From Lepidodermella squamata (Eukaryota; Animalia; Gastrotricha), in assembly GCA_047495785.1 (NCBI GenBank), contig JBLDXI010000003.1:3534001-3598000 (forward strand): a DNA stretch of 64,000 bases, written 5' to 3'. Under the pieces are notes generated by a model, which searched no databases, was not told the DNA's origin, and was given only the letters and a program-made list of their open reading frames with translations. The position numbers and the translations under genes were made by a program. This document shows, piece by piece, positions 1-12,100 of this stretch (positions are counted from its first letter, which is position 1; each line of letters begins with the position of its first letter).

Positions 1-350
1 TTCAGGCCTATCATCGCAGTGCTAAATTGATTGCGAGATAACATATCGGCAACTGCCGAGTCTTCTTCGGCATTTCGAATTTTCGCCAACCCACCCTTGC
101 CGTTATTTTCACCCAACCGGCGTAGGAAATAACTCGTCGCGGTGTCGTAGGAATAAGATCGGACGAATGATGCTGTTTTGAAGTAGGTATTGCCGACCCT
201 AATCAGGTTAGGATCGCCTAGAACGGCCGGGTAAGGTTGGTAGCGAATCGACGCCCTTGGCTTAGCCGCTGTATTGAAAATTCGAAGAGGGGCTGGTTGG
301 ACATGGAAGATCAGTGAGTAAATAATTGAGGCCAATAAAGGTAATATCAT
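1..350 (-). CDS. Secreted C-type lectin-like protein, 5' part (runs off the left window edge)
   Basis: Manual translation from ATG 350: MILPLLASIIYSLIFHVQP (signal peptide) ...YFKTASFVRSYSYDTATSYFLRRLGENNGKGGLAKIRNAEEDSAVADMLSRNQFSTAMIGL, open to position 1. It matches the CTLD N-half pattern (A..xC...GG.LA.I.N.EE...WIGL). Not in the ORF track because there is no stop in the window. Confidence 0.65.
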   Translation of the reverse strand, partial: MILPLLASIIYSLIFHVQPAPLRIFNTAAKPRASIRYQPYPAVLGDPNLIRVGNTYFKTASFVRSYSYDTATSYFLRRLGENNGKGGLAKIRNAEEDSAVADMLSRNQFSTAMIGL

Positions 351-1698
351 TTAAAGATACTAAAAAAACTTTGAAAGAAATAAAATTAGGTATTAATTGC
401 TTAAACCGCAATAAAATTGGTATTTTTTCGTAATTTGATAAGACTCGTCATGCGAAGCGGTGTGTATTTACACCTGTCGCTTGACAACGTGTCGATCGAT
501 GTCGATTTTTGGCACTCTGCACGTAGCTATGGCCCATCACAGGTGAGCGTGTTAGTCGCCAGGTGACTACTATTAGTGCGTTGTTTATGAATGCGCCTAA
601 AAATTGATCTACAAGTTGTTCGATTCATCGCGCGTTCTTGTTGCCAATTTGTGCGGCCGCGTACATGATCGATCAGCGCAAAAATGTGTACAAACAACAA
701 AGCTTAAAGGTGGTCGGTGCTGCCAGTGCTGCTGGTACAACTCCCTTGTTGTCCCATTTCGGACAGTGATATACCAGCTGTGGTCCTCCTGTCGATAAAT
801 CGTCCGCCTTAAAAATCGGATATCGGGTCATTTTTACTCAGAATTGCGAAATGATTGATTGAAAGTGATAACTTGTGACGGTTGGTGTAACAAAGTCCAA
901 TGGCTTGAAAAATTACATTCTAGAAAACACTTTACACTAAATCGTGGAATGAGAATCCGCCAAGCAAATCCGATTTAAACACACTCATTCTCAATAATAG
1001 TTTGATGAATCATAAATCAGCGGATTGGTCAGAGGCTCGGCGATTTTTGAACTAAAAATTCCCGGTTAAGGTGGACAGCTCAAATGCGATGTCGATAATA
1101 AGAAGGCTGATAGTTATCGGCCAACTTAATTCCACGAAATTTTATCACTTAAAGAGTAGAAAGAAAATGGATCATAAAATCCGATATATAAACGGCGCTT
1201 TTTTGGAAACAAATTTAGCAATAACCGCGGCAATTTTTATGACAATCAGCGTTAAATAAAAAAATTCTGAATCCAAATAGCGCATTGATCGGGAAGAGGC
1301 TTCTCTTATATGTAGTACCCTTGAAATCTCAAATTGTTCGTGATTTTTTTCGGTGTTCGGAAACATGGTATTAAGGGTCGTTTAGTTTCCAATTTTTCTT
1401 TACTGTTTCATTGAATTTTATGGGGTTAACGAGTGCTATTGGTAAATACTCGCCTTATTATTTTATTTACGAAACGCCATTCACTGGCGAAAACAACACT
1501 ATCGGTTTTATGGATTCTCGTGTTCTAGAGAACGCGTGGTAGCTAGTCCCAGGTTTGGTCGCACGCCACTAAAAAGTGGTTTTATCATCAACAAATTGTT
1601 TGCATCAGGTGTTACAGCTGTAGGTTTTTCACTGTTGAGAAAAACCGCCATTTTTTTATGAAAATGGATAAGTAATACTTTTCGGATTTATTCGGAAA

Positions 1699-4032
1699 AT
1701 GCGTTTTTCTCGTGCGCTCTTAATTGCTGTATTCCTAATTAGCCATGGTATAGGAACTTGCCTAAATTCGAATTAATTTAATTTACTCTATAATTTCAGC
1801 TATGGCTGATGGTGGTGAAAACGGCGATGAACTATGCTACGACGAGACACAGGCTGATCCTCAGCAAAGCATCAACTCAATTCCAAGTTCCAATGATGAT
1901 GACTCAAGCTCTGAAATCTGCATCGATGAAAGCCAATCTGCCTCAGCCTCGGCCGAGTTCGATCATGCTGAGTACGAATCGATCGAAGCTTCGTCACGGC
2001 AACGACGGCCAGTCACCCTTTTAAAAAGCTCGTGGAAAATCAGCGAAGAAAGCGATGACAGCTCTTTAAATAGTGAACTGACCAGCAATGAGGAAGGTGC
2101 CGAAAATGATGCGGGATTCGATTCCAGCTTTGATGCTTCATCTCGAAGTTCCGGTGAGCAATCTGGGACAGGCAAACGCTCGTCATCGGGATCTGATTCA
2201 GCTTCGTTCAGTAGGTATTTTTTAAATATATTTTCGCTATGATTCTATTTCTTATTTTTAAGGTGGATTAAGGTCTGGTAATGGCAAGTGGAGCTATCAG
2301 AAAGCTGGCTACACTATAACGTCCTTTAGGAAAGCTTCATCGCCGCGTAGGTTGCCTGTTATATTATTTGGGGCAAATAATATTTATCTGCATTTTTTTA
2401 TTAGAAAATAGGAGAGACCCTGAGATATCGAATGGACGGCGCCAATCCGAAGCTTCTTCCAGCATCGCCAAACGCCACACTAAAGCCAGCGCGTCTAGCT
2501 CTGAATCTAGCGCCGACCTTCGGGGATCCCACAAGAAGACGGAAAATATGGCCCAGGAGGCCCACTCTGCCGACTACGCCTCCCGCGACTCGAAGCGCAA
2601 CAAGGCCCACCACCGCCGAGACCAATCCTATAGTGAGTCGAGGCGAGATGAATCTCATAGCAAGTTCGGCAAAGTCCCGAAGAGACCTCCTCATGCTACG
2701 AAATCACGAAAGAATTTATGGCCAGTGAAGCCCCGGAAAACCTCTAGTAAGATGGAATTCGGCAAAACTTCCTACTCGGCGTCCCACGGTTCTGGCGATA
2801 GTTCGATTTCCGGCTCTGAAAGGAAGGTGATTAATCACAAAGCCTCAAAGTCGGGTTCCAGATCAACCTTTACCCGTAAGTTTAATAACGATAATTCCCG
2901 CTAATTTCGAAAGTAATTTATCATTAAAGGCAGAGCGCCAGTAAAACCTGACACAATTCGCCGTCGGGAAAATTCAGTTGGTCCCGCAACACGGCCGGTG
3001 AGGTACGATAAGCGTGAAACTAACCGGAATATCGGGCGTCAACGTCGCAGGAACCTCGACGACGGCCAAGCTGAGAGCCGCCGCAAGGGCAGTGTCGCGA
3101 TCGATTACAAGAAGAAGAAGGCCATCCTCAATAGGCCGGGCTATCGAAAAGTAAGCTCAGAATCTGAAGGAAGTTCCGTTTCCTACTCGTCGGCGCAAAG
3201 GCAACGTAAATACGAGAAACGCGTCGCAGATCGTCCAGGATACCGAAATCACCATATCAAGGCTCCTGGGGCGAAAAAAGCCAGAAAGGTCAGCAAGTCG
3301 AGCCATGGATCTACTGCTAGCAAGTCCGAACCCGCCCAACGCGAAAAGGCCCCGAAAGCCCGACCTGTCGACTACTCCTCCCGTCCCCGCGTCTACAGCA
3401 AGAAGTCTGCCTCCGACTACAACAAGTCCTCGTTCGAGCCCGCTCGCCCACGAAAATCGGTAGTAATTGTGAAATACCGAACTATCAATGGAAAGCCGTC
3501 CGAATCCGACTCTGAGTCCGCCCAGAAGGCCGTGAAGCCAATCAACTGGAGAAAAGCCGAAGACTCGGACAAGAGCTACTCGAAAATCACCCGTCCTTCC
3601 TCGCGAGGCCGCAGCATGAAAGCTATCAATTCTGAAAGCGGCATTTCATCGGAATCCAGATCGGCGTCAATCGTTCAAGATCGGTTGAAGCGAGATGAGA
3701 AGCCTCATCGGCGCTATCCAGGTTCAAAGACAGCGGGCAAGGCTTCCCGTTTCCAACCGGCGAAAAGAGGTCGAGTAGTTGAAAGTCAGCCTACATCTCG
3801 CAGCGAAGAATCTGCCAGCTTTAATTCGGAGGGCGAGAGCAGCGAATCAGGAGATGTAGGGAGATTGAATCACAGGAAGGAAAACAAGGCCGGGATGAAG
3901 AAAAAACACGGCCACTGCGATTTGAGCAAGGAGGCAAAGCCTGGTCACAACTACGGTTTCTACGCTGGATATGATCATTCGGGGTATTTTGGTCGCGAAA
4001 ACTTCAACCCGTTTGCTGATTATAAACATTGA
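1699..4032 (+). CDS. Secreted Ser/Arg/Lys-rich low-complexity protein with acidic N-terminal block (basic-protein family member 1), 5 exons
   Basis: Exons 1699-1747, 1800-2210, 2263-2346, 2405-2875, 2930-4032 join in frame through GT-AG introns of 52-58 nt. Signal peptide MRFSRALLIAVFLISHAMA. D/E/S-rich N-terminus, R/K/S-rich remainder, Tyr-rich tail. Contains AHSADYASRDSKRNKAH, shared with the genes at 18431-19786 and 39328-40529. Confidence 0.8.
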
Positions 4033-4633
4033 AACCTGACAATGACTTCATAGATAATAGTATAGAATAGAATTCAAGAGTGATTGATATTTTTTCGTGT
4101 TCTCAAAGGGAGAGCTTCGTTTATTCGTAGTTTGTTTTGCCGTAATTTATTCCTGCCATTGAATGCCGAGTAAAAATTAAAATAAAATTACCGCAACGGC
4201 TATTAAATGTTGACGATTTTGTCTGAGAAGGATGCAAAAGTTTCCGCGATATTCATATAGTCTAGAAGATCAGCTTTCCAGCGGTACCAACATAAGTGCT
4301 TCAAAATATATCAAATTAAATTAGTAGGAAACGTCATTTTGGGAACCTCTTTCAGCCAACCCAAATTCCGAGAGTTAGGTATGAAGTTTTTACCCCAATC
4401 CAATAGAGCCTAGGACAGTGTGCGGGTAAACAAAATGACTTGTTGCTGGCTTAGAATTCGATAAAGGTGAGCTTAAGGTTTAGGTTACGTACCGTAAATT
4501 GGGGCAAAATGGCCGCGGGAAAAAAATTACCCCCTGATTTTTTCGCATTTTTACACGTTTCAGAGGGTCCTGATTCCGATTTTATAGGAAGCTCATTTTG
4601 CCCCAGGTTTGGGGCAAATTGGACAGGTGTTTT

Positions 4634-5135
4634 GGGGCTAATTGGCCACCCTTATCCTTATAATGGGTTTTTAATATTTAGTGATTGTGAGGGTTGAATG
4701 GTCGAGTGGTTGTGATGCGTCCATCAGAACTTGAGTGATCTGATGAGCGACGGTTCGAATCCTCATAAAGTGGCATTTTTTTGCTCCGCATTTAATTTTT
4801 TTAATTTTTTTGTTTTAACTGTCCATTTTAATAATTTTTAATTAGTTTCTCCGTTTTTTCTGAGAGTTTTATTGCTGAGCAACTTTTAAACGTCTCCCGA
4901 ACAAAAAAACTGTCTGGCATACGTGGTGTTAGTGGAATAATTAAAATCGAAAATTAACAACAAAATTAAAAAAATTAAATGCGGAGCAAAAAATGCCACT
5001 ATATGAGGATTCGAACCGTCGCTCATCAGATCACTCAAGTTCTGATGGACGCATCACAACCACTCGACCATTCAACCCTCACAACCACTAAATATTAAAA
5101 GCCCATTATAAGGATAAGGGTGGCCAATTAGCCCC
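4634..5135. repeat. Long near-perfect inverted repeat (~180-bp arms, ~140-bp spacer); each arm carries a tRNA-derived (SINE-head-like) Pol III A/B box
   Basis: Arm 4634-4814 is the reverse complement of 4956-5135 with only a few mismatches. A box TGGTCGAGTGG 4699-4709, B box GGTTCGAATCC 4752-4762, T7 run 4776-4782; mirrored boxes at 5060-5070 and 5007-5017. Confidence 0.85.
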
Positions 5136-5548
5136 CATCATTGAGTTTTCCATGGGGTAATTTGGCCACAATCACCTAGCCATACCTGTGCATCGCCTGG
5201 GGTCGCGGTTTTTTTTGCTGTCATCTTCGACGAAAATGGCCGAAGGAAAAAAATTCATCTGAACATCAAACCTCGTGATTGGCTCCAGGTAATTCAATTT
5301 AGAGGGGTCATTTTTACCTCCCTAAACTCACCTCTGTGCAACAACATGCTGTGACCTCATTTCGGGACATACCTGGCTGAAAATTTGCAGGCTTGTAGGA
5401 GGCTTGTTGATAATTGTCCCCGTAAATTTTTATAAAGTTTTACCTTGTAGTTTTTGAGCTATCGATAAAATGGTGAAAACCTCAATTTTTGGCCAATTAG
5501 CCCCAAAAGTTCATTTTGCCCCAAATGACGGTATCTAAATTATTAGCG

Positions 5549-7676
5549 GAAATTAAGGAATTCTTCCCGGTGTTGAGGGCAGAACCGAGAATTCTGCCCG
5601 CTGAAAATGCCCGAGGGCGTAGCGGAGCGCAGCGAAGCGAAGCCCGAGGGTATTTTCAAGGGCTGAATTCGAGGTTTTGCCCGAGACACAAGGGAAGAGT
5701 TCCTGTTCCTTCCCAGTTGGTTATTTTCGTTAATCCGACACTCGGACGAGTGAAAATGGGGAATGGTGTATAGTGCGTATGAAAGATGACCGTTGTTAAT
5801 AACGAAAATAAGAAATCCAGCTTAAAATTTGTAGCAAATTTTTTTTTTGAATTTTTTTGTTCGTTGTTCATTTCCTTGTTTTATTATCAATTGAATATTG
5901 CGAATTTCCGTCGAATTTTCAATGGAGATCACTTTTGATATTGGCGACCTGGGCCTCGGTGCTCTCGCTGACGGCTCCGTGGAAGTGAAACAGCGCGAAG
6001 AATCCGATCCAATTCGACTTCTCGAACGAGAACTTGATGCTGATATCGAAGAAGAAGAATCCGATGAAGAGGGTGATACGTCGGAGTTCATTCAAGAAGT
6101 CGAAAATTTCGTGGCTGGTTTTGAAGCAAACGGCACAGCTCAGAAAACCAAGCAGCACTGGAGCCGATTTGTCGCATTTGTCGAGCAGCGATTCCACATT
6201 TCGGAGCAACTATTAGTTGAACTTACGGTCAAGGATATGGATCTCTATGTCGCTCTTTTTCTCAAGCAGTTGACGAAGACTGATGGTAGCGCGATGGAGC
6301 CGACAACGATTCGAGGCATTTATTCCTCCATCATTCGCCATCTCCGCGATGTGACGAAGAACGAAATCAACTTCACCATGGCGAGAGTCGATTTCTTCTA
6401 TAGCATGAAAATGCTGAAATCCAAGTTTGTCGAATCTAAGCGTGCTGGAAAGGGAAATAAAGCCCGAGCATCTGAATGCCTAGAACGAGAAGATATTGAT
6501 AAAATGCGTGAGGCGAAAACGCTGACTGATGACACGCCAATCGGTTTGATCACGATGCTGTGGCTGGTTTTCACCGTGTATTTCGGTCTTCGTGGCCGTG
6601 ATGAACATCTACAAATGAAGTAGGTTGTTGGATTGCCATTGAAAAATTGTTAAATTGGCCGTTTTCAGGTTTGGTGATGTCCAGCTAAAAACCGAATCTG
6701 GAGGTCGCAGGTATCTCGAATTCAACGAGCGACAGACTAAAACCAGGAATGGCGAATCAACCCACTCAAAACTGGCACCACGAGCATACGAGAACGGTGG
6801 CTTTTTCTGCCCGGTTCGATTGTTCCTTATTTTTTGTGCAAAACGACCGGGAAAGTTTTCGCGCCCGAGTGACCCAATGTATGTTGGTTGCCTGACCCGA
6901 TTTCGACCCGACGGCCTCTTCTACAAATGCCAAAATTTGGGCAAGAACCCCCTTGGATCGCTCCTCAAGGACGCCGCTGTCGGTGCTGGTATTACCAAAC
7001 GAATCACGAACCACCCGGCTCGAAAGTTTCTCGTCTCAACCCTCTCTGAACTCGGTGTCGATTCTCGAAAGATCATCCAGATTACTGGTCATGCATCGGT
7101 CGATTCTCTGAACAGTTACCACAAACTCAACACCTCTGAACGACGAAGTATCAGCGACAAACTGGCTGTCGGTTTCGGTGATGGACAATCAGCTGCAGTT
7201 TCGGGTGTGTCTGCACAAGAGATCAAGCCAACCGAAGGATTGGTGGTGGCCGAGTCGCATTTCTCGCAAACGCTGCTGCTTCGAAACGTCGAAAATGACC
7301 CGCGCGATGAGCCACCCGTAAAGCAAGCTAAACCCATGCCGATCTTCAATTTCTCGAATTGCTCCGTCGTTATTAACAATTAATCCGGCCCAAACACTTG
7401 TTTTAAAGTTTAAACATTCTAATAAAGGTTATTCACTTGTTCACTCGTTTGGTCAGAGTCTGAAGGTTGTAGTAAAGGGACTGGGAACGGAAATTGAAGT
7501 TGTGCAACATTATTTCAGGTGAGAGGTTTTCCCGAATTTTTGAGAGCATCAATTGATTTTCGAAAATAAAAAATCCACCCTAATCGTTTGAGCGGGCAGA
7601 AACAGCGGGCAGAAACATCGGGCAGAATCACTTTTTCCGTCTAGGCAAAAAATAACCAACTGGGCAGGAAGAAATT
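5549..7676 (+). mobile_element. Crypton-type tyrosine-recombinase DNA transposon, apparently full length
   Basis: Encodes the YR below. Bounded by a 6-bp direct repeat GAAATT (5549-5554, 7671-7676). Subterminal inverted motifs CCCAGTTGGTTATTTT (5712-5727) / AAAATAACCAACTGGG (7649-7664), and TTCTGCCCGCT (5592-5602) vs repeated (A)GCGGGCAGAA (7590-7628). GC-rich GCCCGAGGG..GCGAAGCCCGAGGG tract at the left end. Confidence 0.7.
5922..7383 (+). CDS. Crypton tyrosine recombinase (DUF3504-type YR related to ZMYM/KCTD1 C-terminal domain), 2 exons
   Basis: Exons 5922-6619 and 6669-7383 (49-nt intron GTAGGT..TTTCAG) join in frame. Catalytic signature intact: FGLRGRDEH (R), ERQTKTRNG (K), TNHPARK (HxxR), ITGHAS (H), LNSYHK (Y); also CPVRLF and LGKNPLG typical of DUF3504. 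Confidence 0.85.
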
Positions 7677-8018
7677 GGGATAGAGTTTTTCAAAAATGCA
7701 TAAATTCATAAAACTGTGCAGAGATATATTAAAAAATTGATAACCCCGGTTTCAAATTAACCTATATTTTCGACAATATTCATAAAAATCAAGGGGGAAT
7801 GAAAAATGGAGATGCCATCAGGAAGCGGCACCCCAAAATATGCGCTAAATATTTCACATTTTTATGATTATTTTGTATCATTTGGACCCCAAAAACGATG
7901 GTTTTGTCCGTAAAAACGGAATTTACTGTATACGTGTATGTTGACAGATCGCGAGACATTAGTTATAATCAATTTATTAATCACTTATAACGAATAACTG
8001 ATGTTCTCTGGGGTTCTT

Positions 8019-9193
8019 TTACCACCTAGCCGATGCCAAGAGGAGCAAGTAACCGTGAAGACAGGCGAACGCAACAGCAACTAGAGTAGCTACAAATGCA
8101 TCACAAGCCCTTATGGCGCTAAGAATAGAATTCATCCGTCGATTCGACCGCTTCCTTTCAACGGCATTAGCGTAACAACAAGCAATCAATTGGTAGACGG
8201 TGCAACTCGAGCAAATCCAAGCCGATGAAGAGAGGAGATCGTTCAACAAAAAATGCTGCGAAGTTCTCGCAACATTGCCGACAGCCGCTGATTGCGCTAC
8301 GCCCATTGCTAGAAGAACTGCCATGGAAAAAGCCGGCCTGTCTGGCATGTGAGCCGGCATGGAAAATGACGCGATTTCAACCAGCATCAAAATCGCATTT
8401 GGGACTACAAAATTCGACGTGTAATACGCCGGGTTCCTCCTGGCTGAAATCACGAAGAAAGCAGTGCTGGTATTGGACCCTCTGTAGGACATACTCGATA
8501 GGGTCGAGCCATGGCCGACATACTGCCAGCGATCTGAGGCCAGGCCGTTCCACAGGAAAACCGGGTCTTTGAACTTGACCATAGCCAGGCCTCGATTCAT
8601 CGAAAATGTGAACATGCAAGTTTGCTCGTCGAACGGGAATTTGGCTAGATCGAGTTCGCAGGATGCTGTCCAAATGCCGTCTTTAATCCAGTAGAAATCG
8701 ATAGTTCGATTAGGGGATGACGATGACTTTGACATAACTGCGATCAAATCGTCCCCGAATTCGTTGTTGAACTGCATGTAGGCGTTGCCGTGGGAGCTTC
8801 CGACAAATCGATACGCCGGGGTCCAAACTTCCTGGGCTGAGGCGACGTACAACTGCTCGGGTGGTCGCTTCGTTAGCAGATCTATTGAATCAGCCGGGCA
8901 AGTATTGACTGTCCAGGAAAGCAGAAGTGACCCAGTTAGGGTTACGACCTCCTGTACAGTGTCTATATCATCGAGCTTCTCGATTCCGAAAGCTGGTCTG
9001 ATGTTGAAGACTTCACCACGCGGGGTTAAGGGAGCTGCTCGAGTCGGTAGAAAACTCGAGCATTCCAGCATCAATTGTTTTGCTGTTATATTTGCCATTG
9101 GTAGATCACCAGTGACGGCGAAGATGTCTTTCAACAACATTTGGTATGTTGAGTTCTGACTGCGAGCGACCAATTCTAAAACAGTTGATTCAT
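8019..9193 (-). CDS. Cys-loop (pentameric) ligand-gated ion channel module, single intronless exon
   Basis: Cys-loop CELDLAKFPFDEQTC, VWTP motif, ARRNPAYY pre-M1, four hydrophobic helices (M2 DRPAFSMAVLLAMGV), short M3-M4 loop. No signal peptide of its own. Confidence 0.9.
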
Positions 9194-12100
9194 CTGTATT
9201 GGAAATGGATCAATATTCATGGTATGAATCATAATCGGGCGATAATGATTGAACCTAAGCTTCCATGAAGGGATGGCCTGGTTTCCTCAGTCGATGCCTC
9301 TGTTGCAGTAGCTTCATTTATCTAATAGGAACAATTACTTATTCGCTTAATGGGAATTTTGAAGATTTGAACATACCGTAGTGCGATAACTCGATGGTGA
9401 GCCAGATGGCGTCTGGAGGAGGAAAAGCTCAATCTTCGACCCGATAGTTAAAAAAATAGAAACTTACTGAGATCTTAGATGCGGCGAACATAGTTGATGA
9501 ACTCTTCGCAGTTGTTGATACTGCCAATATCGGCCCCAAAGTTGTGGATGGCAAATTTGACGTAGAAGTCGCAATCTGCAAGTCCCACTATTTCAACTTG
9601 GGAATGAGAAGGGAAGTTATCTTACGGTCGTTGGAGATGAGTTGCCTAAAATTGTCTGCGATGAAGTCTGAGTGGGAAAAACTCATGCTAATCAGTGCAA
9701 TAAGTAAGTAATAGAACTCTAACCGAGACCGATGTTGGCGGAGAGGTGGAAGTAGAAGAACTTCCCGTAGTTTTTGATGTCGACTCCAAAGTTGTCGATG
9801 GCAAAAAATATACAGTAGAAATCGCAAGCTACAAGTCCCACTTAAGCAATTTTCAAGTGAGGGAGAAAGTTATCTTACGGTCGCTGGAGACGTGTTGCCT
9901 AAAATTGTCTGCGATCCAGTCTGAGTGGGAAAAAGTCATGCTAATCAGTGCAATAAGTAATGGAACTCCAACCGAAACCGATGTTGTCGGAAATGTGGTT
10001 TTACTAGCAGTTGTTGTTGATGCCGACCCGACACTTGTGGATGGCAAACTTGAAGTAGAAATCGCAAGCTGTATGTCGCAGTTTAGCAATTTGGAAGAGA
10101 GGAAGGAAGATAACTTACAGTCGCTGGGGATGTGTTGCCTAAAGTCGTCTGCGATAAAGTCGAAGTAGAATATGTCAGAATGGGCAAATCAAATTCTTAC
10201 TGAGGTCGATGTAGTCGGAGAGGTAGTTTTACTTGCAGTAGAACTTCCCGAAGTTGTTGATGTCGATTCCAAGGTAGTGGGATTTGGCGTAGATGAAGTT
10301 GGGACCTACAACCCCCCTCGATTACCAAATTTTAAATTAAGATTTGCCTCTTCAAACTCACGATTGTTGAAGACGTGGGAGCCATGGTTGGGGCTACCGT
10401 CGTTGAAGTTGTCTGATATAAGGTCTTGTAAAGGGGTATTAATTTTGTTCGAAAATCAAACCGAAGTAGAAGTTGTCGTGCTGCTGGTTGAGGTTGTCAA
10501 AGCTGGGCATGACCATGTGTTAATGGAATGCACATCGACCCAGACCGCAGTCCTTTCCGAAGTGTAGTCACTCTGGCTCATAACCCCCATGTAGACCTGA
10601 GACCCGTTCATCGCTTGCTGCAGAGATTCAGTCAGATTGGCGTTACTCATCGCCACTGAGCAGTAGCCCTTCGCATTGCAAACCGTGATTGATAGCGAGT
10701 TGGTTTGAAATCTGATCTGCCACGTCACCTTGCCCCATAGGTAAGCGTCGAGATAGGATGCACTGATAGGCGATGAGCAGGCATCAGGGTAGCCAGAGTT
10801 GCATCCCGCCCAGAATTTTGTCGCACTCGGTGTTTTAATGTTCTTGAACGCCACGCCATCGTGCCCTGCGGGTCTCATTGAGATTAAAAATCCTGAAAAT
10901 CCGATTAATAAATGTCATGTATATCACGTTTGGCTGGAAGCTTATAAACCTGTGAAATTGGTATCCCATACGCCATAGTATTCGCCCCAATTGAACCCAT
11001 GATAGCCGGAAGCTGGTCGAATTATCGAGCTGTTGGTCGCGAAAGCGATTGTGTAGCCTCGTGGCCAATCATTTATTCCCAAAGGTGTCTCATCCCGACC
11101 CATTTCTATCGTCGCTTCGACGTAGAAATCGTTCAAATTGAATGCCTATGCAAGGAATCATGAGTAAATAAATGCTCTTTGATAAATTCAAGTAGGGCGT
11201 GCAATTTTTCACCGAAAAAAACTCAATAAAATTCATTTAAATGTATTTAACAAAAATTTCTGTGCGTGGTTTTAGAGACTTCATCTTTTAATTTTTTTAT
11301 TTAAATTTTCAAATTTTAATAAATTTTAATTTTCAAATTTTTAATTTTCAAATTTTTAATTTTCAAATTTTTAATTTTCAAATTTTTTATTTTCAAATTT
11401 TTAATTTTCAAATTTTTAATTTTCAAATTTTTAATTTTCAAATTTATTTAATTTGTCAAGCATTTAAGTACACTTTTATTTGGCAAAAATTACCGATCTC
11501 GACCAGAGTGCCCCACGCTCGTAAATCACTTCCCCTTGAAGCCTGAGAGCGCCGTTGGGTTTTACCGAACTTGTCATATTAGCGGATGGGTAGTGATACC
11601 AATTAGCCGAGCTATTCGCTGAGCTATTCGACAAGACAAATTTCGATACAACAGTGCCACCGTCACAAAGTAAGGCGGTTGGGGAAACCTGGAATGAAGA
11701 AATTCAAAATTCAAAATTTCAAAAAATTAAAATTATTACCTGAGTTGGCGCGATAGCTTGCGAACCACAAGCCCAAACATCAACCCTAGCAACATCAGCA
11801 TATGCCGTAGCTGATCCTGTATTACGAGCCGTGATCCCCAGAGACATTTTGGCGGCATAAAAAGCATCGAGTAGAGTCTGATTGAATACCGCGTTCGAGA
11901 AAATTCGAGTGCAATTCGTTGATGAGTTGAACCGGCAAACATCTACTGTTAGGTTGTACTTCTCCATCCGAATCTTCCAAGTCGATTTCAGCTTCAAATA
12001 CGTGTTGGTGAATGCTGTAGTGATAGGTATACACCAATCAGCCAAGCCAGGACAGCTTGCGTTCAATTTTGAGACATTCGGCTCAAGAGTTATCAGATTC

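Larger units (their letters stand above)
4490..7930. mobile_element. Putative TA-flanked non-autonomous DNA element hosting the foldback and the Crypton insertion
   Basis: Short terminal inverted match TACCGTAAATT (4490-4500) vs AATTTACTGTA (7920-7930), with subterminal GGGGCAAA(A/T)TGG-type motifs in both orientations (4501-5520). The TIR is only 11 bp, so the ends may belong to different elements. Confidence 0.35.

Noticed and set aside
4690-4775. Functional tRNA gene
   Set aside because: A and B boxes are present, but there is no convincing acceptor stem or 7-nt anticodon loop; treated as tRNA-derived.
9746-10567. Plus-strand Val/Glu-rich ORFs
   Set aside because: Antisense of the Ser/Thr stalk exons; the splice signals are all on the minus strand.
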